Shown: positions 1 to 11,600 of the stretch, one piece after another
Numbering within the stretch: position 1 is the stretch's first letter
Layout of the letters: every line of letters starts with the position of its first letter
Assembly (NCBI GenBank): GCA_964036045.1
Contig: OZ038378.1
Span: 184,512,001-184,576,000 of the forward strand
Origin: Eutreptiella sp. 'Long Island Sound 2002'
Taxonomy: Eukaryota > Protista > Euglenida
Direction of reading: 5' to 3'
DNA length: 64,000 nucleotides
Notes under the pieces: generated by a model
Told to the model about the DNA's origin: nothing
What the model saw: the letters and a program-made list of their open reading frames with translations, nothing else
The model's database searches: none
Translations under genes and position numbers: made by a program

Positions 1-2653
1 ATGAGCACCCCACCTCTCGCAATCTTGGAACCCGTCCTCCTCACCCCAACCCAATGGGTGGATAACCAAAACCAACCCACCAATGCATGCATGGAGGAAT
101 CCCTCCTCGAAAGGTGAACACGTACACACAACGAGAAGTACCAACCAACATACTCACTCCACCTTTATGGCACCCCCCAAGCTGGGTGCCAATTTGGGGA
201 GGTGGTTGACCCTTCCATTGCCCCATGCCCGTGGACCTGTTGCAATGATAGCATTGTGATTATCTGTTATAGCCCCCAAGGCATTGAAGACCAGCAACCA
301 GAACAATTGGACTGTGTGCCAGGACCATAACAGGGGGCATAAAGATTCCCTAGAACACAATTGAATCAATGGCACCATTTTGCAACAAGTATTGTCCCTC
401 CAGACGGCATGGTGCCTTGTGCGAGTGGTAGTCAGGCCCCTTTCTTGCCTACACCTGCATACATTGTCTATTGATGAGGTATTACACTGTGTCTGTTCAC
501 AAATTGCTTGTTTAACTGTGTATTGCCCCAAAGGGGGGTTGCAAAACAGAAAGTCACCTCGAAGAGGGTTGTTGGATCAAGCGCATGCACAGGCGCCATT
601 ACCCCCGTTTGGGGTATTCGGGTAGCATACCCCAATGTATGACATTGCATGTTTAGCCCCTTGTTAAATCATCATTTTGGGGGACACAATTATCCCACCA
701 TGAATTTTTCGATATTGACCCCTCAGCCCCCTAGCGCTTAGTTGCCACTTTTGGGGGTTGCGGGGTGGGGTGGGGTGGGGTGGGGTGGAGGGGAGATGGG
801 GGTCAAAACTTGGTTGGCGTGTTGTGGCCACTATGTGTGCATCTAGATGCAGGTCCCAGTGAGGTTTCTTCTTCTATCTAGACCCCTTGGCCAATGGCCC
901 GCCCCAGGTTCTACCTCCCAGTCTCCGAGATCGGCTACCCTACAGGTGAGGATTTAGCCGCTTTTAGGCTAGCCACTTGTAAAATCATCATTTTGTGCAT
1001 ATTCCATTTTTTGGCCTCTCACACCTCAACCCCCGCTTCCGATGAAACCCTGCCCTCCAAGTCGAAAACCAAGATATGTGCCTGCGGGAAGGCAAAATGC
1101 CAGGACGACTGGTTAGAAGCGCCCTCGCAAAGGCGGATGCAAGGGCCAGGCTGGCAGCTCTGGTCTTCAAATCTTGCCGCTGGAGCCCTTCGCACATTCT
1201 TTGCGCACCTCCGTAGTCACAGTGTCATCCAACGGATGTCACCAGCGAATCACTGGGACCCAGGAGACTGGATTTGGGGTGATGTCTGTGGCCATTGACC
1301 AGCAAAGGAAATACCACAGGACGCGGTTATGTGTGCCCCCCCTCCAGACTTCCCAACCTACGCCAAGGGGAACGGCAGTTTTGCCATGTGGCTGAGGCGG
1401 TGTTGATGCAGATCCCATTGCTGGCCCTGCAAGCCACCTTCTTCAAATGGTTGGTGGATGCGGAAGTCTCAATGTCCTATTTTTCACTCATAGTGAATGG
1501 GATTGCACCCCTTGTGTATATTCGCAATGTTCACATTCAAACAGGGAATTCGGCATCTTCAACGCAACCCTGAGTGCCCCCACCCCACCCCACCTCCATT
1601 CACTCCCAGCCCAATGCGTGGACAACCAACCCACCTATCCATAAGTGGAGGATTCAAAAGGCAAACACATACGCACACCCGAGGCACTAACTGGCATACT
1701 CACTGAGCCTTGGTGGCACACCGCCCCCCTTTCCCGACCCCGCGCTTATGCCACGGGGCTTGGGGTCCAGAACTCAATTGTACCACCTGGTGAACACTTT
1801 GCTGTTTCACACAGCGTGGTAGTTATGCCAAGCATTCAGCACTCCTTGTAGGCACTGCGTGGCAGCTCTCTGATGCGCAAAGTGAAGCTAAGCACATTCC
1901 ACTGCACATGGCCCAGCACATTACAGGTGCAAGGATAGTGGTGTAATAACTTGCTTCACACTTCATGGACAACATTCAGCAGCCCTTTGGACTGCTGTCG
2001 GGCAACCCCACACCCCGGAGCTCCACACATGTAAGTAAGGTCCTGCCCGCAATGGCTGGCTGAAGCAGGTGAGTTGGTTGAAGCAAAAGCTAAACAGGGA
2101 TGGCTGTGTGACCACGACACCCTGGCCCCTCAGATGGGTGCTCTCTGAGCAAAGACGGCATACACATGCACTGCGTGTCGTTGGATCACCACTGAAGTAT
2201 GTTTCTCTCCGATTGTACATTACAAAGAGGCTATTTCCATGCGATTGCTGGGCACCTTGTTGTTATGCGATTTCTGCGCCTCCGCACTGGTGAAGGATGA
2301 TGGGAGTGTGCTTGCCGCACCCTCCCACTCCCTCCTTCACCACCTGCCCACACAAGTCCCTTCACCTTGTGGTTGAGCACCCCCCCTCCCGCCCCCAAGG
2401 GGAGTGCTCTGCCCCGGCGAGGCAGTAACAATGCCTGCAGACCAGTTGTCATTGGATCGAACCTGGCTACAGACAGAATGTCTGCCCGGTGACCACAGCT
2501 GTCAGAACGGCTCCCAACTGTGCGATACTGAGGTAGGGTGCAGCACCAGGATGGAATATCTTTTGCCCACACTACCATCCTGGGGGATAGGGCGCTGGCT
2601 TCTTGGATAAGAACGCCGCTCAGCTCGGGGTATCTGACGGCGGGAAGTTTAGC

Positions 2654-5600
2654 TACCCTTGGCCCAGACGACCACTCTGACAGAGGTGGAGACGAGAGGT
2701 GTGGCTGGAGTTCAAGCCTATAAGATGTGCGCTCCGAGCCTTGTTGGATGCGAGGCCCATGGCTCTTCCTCCTCCTTCCCCAATGCCCCGCTCGACACCA
2801 TCCCAATCATATTGCATGGTTTTTGTTGCTGCCTTCAGCCGGAGCGAAGGTTTCTTTGACGCCTTCGCCACATGCCAAATCTTGCATTGTGTGCCATGAG
2901 CCGAACCAAGTTTCAGGACGGATGGGTGAAGGGTGGGCTGACCCCCCTCCCCCCTCCAGAGGAAGTGAGCACGGGGGGTCGACATCCCAGGGCTCACTGG
3001 ACGACCTTTATTGCGCGACTAAGCCCCTGTCGCAAGTGCGGCTGTGCCTGCTCGTCCTCCTCGTGATCTGGCCCGCCCTTTGCCCGTACATGCAGTTCGT
3101 GTGCTGTTCTCGCCGTTGGTACCGCAGGACATCTTCGCTCGAACGCGGACCCTCATTGAGGAGCTGTGGGCTGAGATACATGTAGCCAAGGCAGAGCGCG
3201 AGGACTTTGCTGGACGCCATTTCTTCCCTGAGACCCGGGATAATCTCTACACTATCATCCGAGAAATCCAGCGGCTCACGCGTCAGCGCAACAAGCATCA
3301 TACTGTGCTGCAACTGATTGAGAAGAGGGAGTCTTTCTGTGAGAGACTGCGTCAGGTCTCCGTCCCAAACACCACCCAATATGCCACCCAACATGCCACC
3401 CAACACGCCTCCAGCGTGCTGCTTGGGCCGGAATGTCCACTTCATCACGCATTTGTATGAACGACCACGTTGCGCCAAATTAGTGGCCGCCACACGACAT
3501 GCCACCCACCGCCACCCAACATGCCGCCAAACGCACTGGGCATGCCGCATGGGAGGTACAGGAGCGTGCACTGGCCAGAGGGAGGAGGGCGGTGTAGCAA
3601 GCATGACTGCAGTGCGGAGGCGTGGCGCAGGGCGGCGTGTCCGCTTCCAACATCAGCCACTGCGGATGGCGGTCGGGGCTTTGAGAGCCCGTGCACATTG
3701 CTGCTCTTGACGACAACCTCAGAACTGACGCCCTGGTGTTGCTTCGATATGAGTTGAGGCCCACATGCCACTCAGCATGCCACCCAACATGCAGTCCAGC
3801 GTGCCACAGGGCATGCCGCCCACACACGTGGCCCAAACATCACAACACGCCAACCCACAGGCCATGCGACATGCCACCGGACATGCCACCCAAACATGTC
3901 ACCCCAAACGGCGCTCAAAATGCCACGAACCGCGCCACTGGACATGCCGCCCAAGATGCCGCCGGACATGTCATCGGACATTCTATGTTGCATGTCGCGC
4001 AATATGTCTCCAAAGGCATAGTCACACGCCCGCTCTCAGGTGGCGATGCAATTCAACCCAAAGGAAGACAGCGTACGGCAGCGGCTGGTGCAGAATGACA
4101 TCGTCAATCTCATCTTACAGCTGCGGAAGATCACTTGCATGGTCGTGCAGGCGATCATCAGCTGGGGTGACGCCATGGGCCCTCCGTACGGAGTGCCATT
4201 TATTTGGCACGGAATTGAGTATATGGTCAAAATGCGCGCTGATTTGGCCTTTTTGCAGGTCCCCACCGTATTTCTGCCCAATGTCTGTTTTCATGCCAAT
4301 CTTTGCTCATGGCTCCGTTGGGGGTCACAGGGAAATGACGCCAGATGGGTGCGATTTTCTTGACAAATTTTTGGTTTGGTTTGGTTTGGCTGCATTGTTG
4401 GGCTGGATTGGATTGTGTTGTGCCGTGGGTTGCATTACGTTCGGTTGTGGTGTTATGTTGTGTTGTTGTATTGTTTGGGTTGGGTTGGGTTGTGGTGTGG
4501 TGTGGAGTGGGGTGGAGTGGGGTGGAGTGGGGTGGGGTGTTGGGTTGGGTTGGGCTGGGTGGTCCAGGATATCAAGTCACTAGACTGTGAGCCCAGTGTG
4601 TGTCAGTGTGTGTGGGTGGACGAGGGAACGAGGGACGGGGGCACGCATCCAAGACCTGTCTCTGCCCATCACAGTGCTGTGCTTTGGAGTGCAGGCCATT
4701 GGGATTGGGTTTGATGTGACTGGGGGCCATGGCCAATGTTGCCGTACCCAATGTGCACCCCCTTCCGTGTCCGCGCGTGACCACAGCCTGAGCGCGGTGA
4801 TCCTTTGTTACCATCGTTTTTGCGGGCCGGAGGGACAGGGGTACCAGCATATGTTTTAGCACTTAATAATGGTATTCACAACGGAGTGAAATATACATGA
4901 TGCTGTCATCTCAGGGATCTCCGCTGATCCAGTTCCTGGGCTGCAGTGCTGAGAACAACCCCTTCCTGCTGCCCTGGCGAAGGCAGGAAGAGCGAGAGAA
5001 CTGGGAATCTGAGAGCCTGGCCACCTCCGCCGACGACAAAGGGTCGAGCCTCCGAGAGGACGCTGCGGACTCGGGTTCAAGAAAAGGCATGACTTCGACC
5101 CAATGGTGCCCTGTGTGATCTCAGGATGGGGCAGAAGGGGCAGAAGCAGCACCTGTAAGCAAACCGACAGCCGTCCCACTCTCTCATCCCAAAAATAGTC
5201 TCTCCCACCGTCTGTGGACATGCAATGCGGACGATTTCCTCCTGCAAACCCAAACCAGTGCGTACATCCGCTAGTTCCAACGGGCGCATTCACTGAGCCT
5301 TTATGGCACCCCCCCCCCCCCCCCTCCGTGAAGAGGAATCACTGTCTGACTCTTCCGAACCCGCCGAAGTTGAACGGCATTTTTTGGACTTCGCCACGAG
5401 CGCCCCAAAGAGAGCAGAGGGGTCTGAAGCATGGGTTTGCGTGATCCCCCCCCCTTCCCCATCCCCGCCCCTGGGGAGCGCTTCCCTGCCCACTCGAAGG
5501 TGTTCAGGCGGTCCGGGAGGCCCAGGTGGTTGGTGGTTGGTGGTTGGTGGTTGGCACAAAGTCTCCCTGGCATACCCCGGAGTTAGGGGGGAGGTTTGGC

Positions 5601-8600
5601 ACAAGGCCTCGGTTGTTTGCCTTTGGCGGTGCCTATTGGCGGTAGGGGGGGGGGGGATTGGGGGGTTTGTGGTCTGTAGTCTGTGGACACTGGCTGCCAC
5701 AAGCAGCCGCGGTTTGCTCATTGTAGTCACTGTCGGTATGTTGTACACGAGGAGTTTTTTTTTTTCGTGAGGCACGGGGCGCCAAACTGTATGCGACGTG
5801 CAAAGCGCCCATCAGTGTGTGAGGAACAACAGGGGGGGGGGGAGGGGGGCAGGGGGTTTTTGCCCCGACGATCGCGGTTGGTGTCAACCGACGGAGGCTG
5901 ACTGCAAAATGCCGCCCGTTAAACGCTGCTCTCTGTCGGCTGCGAGCCAAGGAGCCGGAAAAAAGGTTTGCCCGGAGCCTTGGGGCCCCGGTACACTCGG
6001 ACAAGGGGTGAGTCTAGAAACGGCGCTCCTGTAACAGAGCCTTTTTGAAAGAGCCACCCGTCAAAAATGATTCCGAGTGTGGTTTCGTGTCTCGGCCCTT
6101 CGTTCATCGTTGGCATCATGTCCATCACAAGTTGTTCGGGCCTCATCGAACATACGACCCTTCAAAGGCCTTTTGCAGGCTCCCAACCGGACAAGGAAGA
6201 TGCATAGGTCAGACAGAATTCGTTTGACAAGAAAAAATGCGGCCCGTACTCATCAGTGCGTCGTGGGTAACGCCCCCCATTTGTCGAAGCCCTCCCTCCA
6301 GGCCTGACCTCCCGTGGGTACCAGATTTCTTTAGGGCCCAAATGGGTACGGTACCATGTGCAACGTAGCCATGTACGGAAAAGGTTGTGTGGGATGTTCT
6401 CCAGTGGTAGGGCTATAGGCAATTGTGCATTTTCAGGGCTGTCCTGAAGGTGAGATATTGTCTCTGTTTTCCACTAAGGAGAGCACGAGGTATTGTGTGG
6501 CAGGATCGGTTAAACGATGCGGTTGGAGCTTAACCGACGGCGGTTGATGGTCAACCGACGCCGGTTGGCCTGTAACCGACAGCAGCTCCTGACCAGCCGT
6601 GCACTGTTGAGGCCCAGGCGTACCAGAGTCCGCCAGTCTCTTTTTTTTTTTTTTGCACCAAAAGGACCGCCCTGTGCGCCTGTGTGTTGTTCTAACATGG
6701 CGTCTGTCCCTGTGGGTCTTGTTACTCCTTGTTTCTTGCAGAGGACCGTGTAAAACCTACGTTTCTCGCATTGCACTCCTTCCTTGGTTTAGACTCACTG
6801 AGGTTTTGAGCAGGGTAGGGACTGTCACCGACCCCGAATACCACGATTGGAGTGTTGTTTGCCTGTGGCTTGGGTAGGCAGGGTGATTCCACATCAGGCA
6901 TCTTCGTTTTGAGCCTGGCAGAGAAGTGTTTTACGCACACTCCCCAAGCCCTGCTTGTGTAAGCCCCACCTCCCGCGGGGACCGTACTTTTGTTGCTTTG
7001 TCTTTTTCATCTGCCACAGTTATGTGCCTCCAAGTGAACCGATTCCTGAGGCATTTGTGGACAGCTTTATCCAAGGGTCAGTCCCCCGGAGGATCCATCC
7101 AGTGCTTGTCTGACTTGACTTGAAAATGGTGCTTGTAGTACGCCCAGCGCATGTACCAGTCCCCATAATGCTCCTGTGGAATACCGCACGCGGCATGCCT
7201 GCCCGCTTGCAAACCGACCTGCGTGCTTGCCTACGCGTTCGTGCGCCCGCCCACCCACCTGACTGCCTGCCTGCCTGCCTGCTTGCGCACCTGCCTGCCT
7301 GCGTATGTGCCTGCCTGCGTATGTGCCTGCCGCCACCCTTCCTGGAGCTTGGAGTTGTGCAAGGAGTTGCCAACCAACAGCGGTCATTTCGTGTGCACCT
7401 GATTTTCTTCCTCACAGGGAGCAGTGCCCATACCAGTACCATTCCAGGCAGTCCACTGAGTCCCGTGGGCCCAACCCGACTCGGCTCTTTTTCATCAGAA
7501 CCGGCCAAGTCCCCGTCACGACTTTCGACGGTGTCTCCCACCAACCGGGCGAGTATAAGGGCCGGGATGTCGACTCCGACCGTGCGGTCCCCGTTCTTCA
7601 AAACGCTGCAGGATTCCCAGAGAAGCTATTTTAATGAGAGCCGCAACAGGTCCTCGCCGAGCCGCAACAGGTCCTCGTCGTTGTGCACTGGTGCGTGGAT
7701 GATGGGGTATGCGAGTGTGACCCAGAACGCCACGTTAGGAAGCTTCGTCCATCCGTGTCCCACACCAGAAATTAATTGGGTCATACGCGCGTGCACGCAC
7801 GCACACGTGCACACACACACACACACACACACACGCACAGGCGCGCAGACACTCAGGCAGAACAGTAAGGGACGGGTCACAACAAGGAGAAGATTGTGCA
7901 CACACGCACGCACACAAAGGAGGGTGCTATGTGTCGGTTGTCCACGGGAGGGTGCTGAGTTTCGGTTTTACATGGTAGGTGCGAGATGCTGGCCGTTGTT
8001 CAGGGAGGGCGCCGCATGTCGGATATACATGGCTGGGTGCTGTACCTCTGTGGTACGGGGGAGGGTCGTTTGTACAAAGCAGGGTGTTGTATGTCGGTTG
8101 CATGCGGAAGGGTGCTCTCTGTCATTGAACGTGGGATGGTGCTTTGTGTGTGTCGTACACGGGACATTGCGGGTGTGAATGGGAGAGTGCTACATGTCGG
8201 TTGTACTTGGGGAGTGCGGTTTGTACATACGTGTACCCCGTTTGCTTGTACAAGGGGGGGGGGGGTGTTGTATTTCGCTTGTCTCCGGACGACACACACA
8301 GAGCACAGGTTTGCTGCATCCCGAGTGCCATGGTTTCCTGCGTAGGTCAACGTCGATGTTTCATTCGTCGGGCGCTTCTTTGTCGACATCCAAAAAGAAG
8401 GACAACAGGTCTGTGGATTTGCACGCGGGCGCCTTGTTTGCCTGGGCACTTGTTCCCTCTGTGCCACTCCGAAGCGGACACTGTCAATGCGATCGTGTGC
8501 GGGCCAGTGCGCTGTACCTCTCCCGGCCTGCATCAACGCGCTGGGGCCGGACGCAACGTGCCTGAGGCGCCCACACCTGTCGGGGGCTGTGTTGTGGGCT

Positions 8601-11600
8601 GTGGCGGGGGAGGGGGGGTTGCCGGTCCGATGGGGGGCCGCCCATTGAAAACTGATTTTTCTCGTCCGAAAAGTCGGGACGAAGGCTCTTCTGCGATGAT
8701 GCTCGAACAAGTTGTGATGGACATGATCCCAACGATGAGCGAAGGGCAACAACAATGGGAATCGTTTTTGAGGGATGGCTCTTCCAGTAGGCCCTGTTAC
8801 AGGGGCGCCTTTTCCAGACGCCCAACCAGGCTGGCGGTCTGGGGCGATGAACAAATCTTTGTCGGGTTAGAGGGTCTCGGCAACCCCCTGCTGCGGGCTT
8901 CGGATACCTGTGTCACAGTATGAGGCACCAGAAGATCACGCAAGCGCTCCGACGGCAGTAGTATTCAGTGCTGTTGCCATCGGTGCCTTTCACTGCAACA
9001 GGAGGGTACCAGGAGGGTACCAGAGGTGTGGCCAGAGTGTATGCCAAGAATCCCCATAGCTGCATCGGACTATATTCCAGAGTGCAAAAGTGTGTATCAT
9101 GTGTGTGTGTCCCAATTTTCAGGTGTATTGCATCCATCTGACAGCTTTTTCCGCTCCTGTAGACCTACGTGGTCCGCCCCCCCCCCCCCCCGTTCGCTTG
9201 GGGGGCTTTCCCAAACACGATGAAGCACTTATCTTTGAAGAACCTTTGTTGATATGGCACGTGTCTGGTGCGGGATGCCCCAGATCCTTCCCCCTCTGTT
9301 CTTGGATTTGGCCCACCGGATTTAACCGGACTTGGGTTCGGCGTACCTATCGGCTCGGCAGACTTATCGGCTCGGCGGACCTTCGGCTGGCCGATCGGCC
9401 GACCGAAAATCCGGTTTAATCCGTCACCCCCCCCCCCCCTTTTGACATACTAAAACACACGGAAGACAGTGCACACACAAGGCGGTGCACACACAAGGCG
9501 GAACACACAAAAGGCGGAACACACAAAAGGCGGTCTGTGGCCACCGCAGGAGTCATGTTATTGAAGGGGCCACAGGCAAGGCGGTACACACAGAAGGCGG
9601 TGCACACACAAGGCGGTACACACAGAGGGCGGTGCACACACAAGGCGAAACACACAAAAGGCGGTCTATGGCCACCGCAGGAGTCTTGTTATTAGTATAC
9701 GGGGGGGGGGGTTATTAGTATATGGGGCCACTAGTACAAGGGGGGGGAAGGAATAGACCGGACTTTCGGCCGGCCGAGGGTCCAGCCGGACTTTCGGCCG
9801 TTTTTTTTTGGCCGAAAAAGGTCGGGGGGGGGCGACGGATTAAACCGGACTTTCAGCCGGCCGACCGGCCGGCCGAAAGTCCACCGAGCCGATAAGTCCG
9901 CCGAACCCCAAGTCCGATTTAATCCAGTGAGCTCTTGGATTTCATGTGCCACATGCGTATCCCAAGCTTCACAAGTATTTATCATGTGTGTACCTCCGGC
10001 ATAAATGCGTATCCCGTGCTCGCGGTGATGCGCTTTATGTGGAGAGTATTGAATGGAAATGTGACGTGGGCTGAGTTGCCGAAAGTACCTCAATTGGAAT
10101 GCCGCGGTGCAGAAAAGCACACGGAATCCAAGGCCTAGCAGGGCGCAATACAGCGCAAGGGATTCTTTGAGGGTTCTGCAGATCGAGCGAGACACGAGGC
10201 GCTGTTCATGAACCCTATTGGGGCAGTCTTCTTGAATAGGCCCCTGTCTGGGCGTGGCCCTGAGGCAGCTGGGGTGATGTAGCCACGATACGCCCCCATG
10301 TCTAATGTGCGGAACGGGCTTTTACCCCCCAACTTGTGGGCATTCAAAATGCTCACTACGAAACGGAGAACTCAACACCCATCCACCCCGCCCCCACCCA
10401 CCCAATTCACCACCTCCCCCCCCTTTGCCCTGCCCCCCGCTCTGGATCCCCTGACTCGCGCCGCGGGTGTCGGGGTTTAGACTTGAACTGAACTTCCCCT
10501 CCGTAGGCTCAGTGCTCTTTCATCTGAGTGAAGGGGTGTCACTTGTTGCGCATCGTGCCTCAGGGGTGAATCCGTCATCATCATGCGCCCCAACAGCACC
10601 ATCTCCCATTCCTTGAAGCCCAGAGGCGCGAAGCCCACGTCCGCGCCACCACCTCCGGTCTACGAGGACAAGCTCACCATTCCCTCACCACCCCTCATGG
10701 CAGGCCCAGTGGGCAGACCGTGGACAGTGCCGCGCACCGGCAACCTGTTGGACGGAAGTGTGGAGAACTCTCGGTACACTGTGCTCTGTGCCTCGTCCAT
10801 TCTGGGTGCTGTGTCTGGCTTGTCGGGCTTTGGTTGTTGCTGATGCAGCAAGAAAAAGTGTGCCCTGTGCTGTCCGCTTTAGGGGTTGGGGGGGCACAAC
10901 AACATGTAGTCCGTCTGGGGCTCTGATGCTCGGTGTGTTGTGCAGCATCCGCAACAACGGAAGGTACCAGTATCCCATGGAAGTGCTGCAGGCGGCTGAG
11001 ATTGAGAAGAGACTTGGCAGGGAGAAGGTGGCGGTGAGAACCATGGAGCACATGTTGACCCCCAGCGCTCAGAAGCGGTGTGTGCCATGTCCAGAGTGCC
11101 TTTTAGCAACTGGCACCAGCGATGCTTTCGTATATTTTGCACGTGCATGACATAAACAATACATAGCACATAATATGCAAACAATTTTTTGATAATATCA
11201 TATCAATGTAATGTAATGTGAATGCAGAATATGTTTTAATTTTATAGTTTGATTTCATAATTTGATTTTAGCTGTGGGAAGTGCCTGCTGGGCTTCTCTA
11301 TGATGGTGTGCGCATTTATTGGGTCAAGCATACATCAACAAGGCTGCTTTGTTTCGTCAAGGACCCTTCTGCTCCCAGACCAAATGGAGGGCATGACTGC
11401 CCATGTCCCTGGACCCAAGACCACGCCTCACCAACGGCACGGTGGCGTACATGGCACCTGATACCAGAAGCGTTTGCCGCCACCTGTGTTGGATCGGGCG
11501 AGGGTTGAAAGGCTCACAGGAATCGTGCGGCAGTTGGACTGGGCGGCACTGCCGGCGCAGCCGAAACCGCTCAGCCGAAAGTCGCCCGCCCGCCCACCCC

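Noticed and set aside
881-2532. Candidate upstream exons of gene 1 (881-946, ~1979-2030, 2441-2532)
   Set aside because: Splice-like boundaries exist, but the phases could not be reconciled and no motif supports them.
3445-4583. ORFs in 3.4-4.6 kb other than the 4040-4258 exon
   Set aside because: These are translations of the 12-bp minisatellite and the G/T-rich repeat.
7120-8178. 352-aa ORF as a single gene
   Set aside because: It is a composite of (CCTG)n and (CA)n repeats with one probable exon (7418-7690).
8000-8923. Long overlapping ORFs (284 aa and 259 aa)
   Set aside because: They span a minisatellite and repeat family B and contain no protein motifs.
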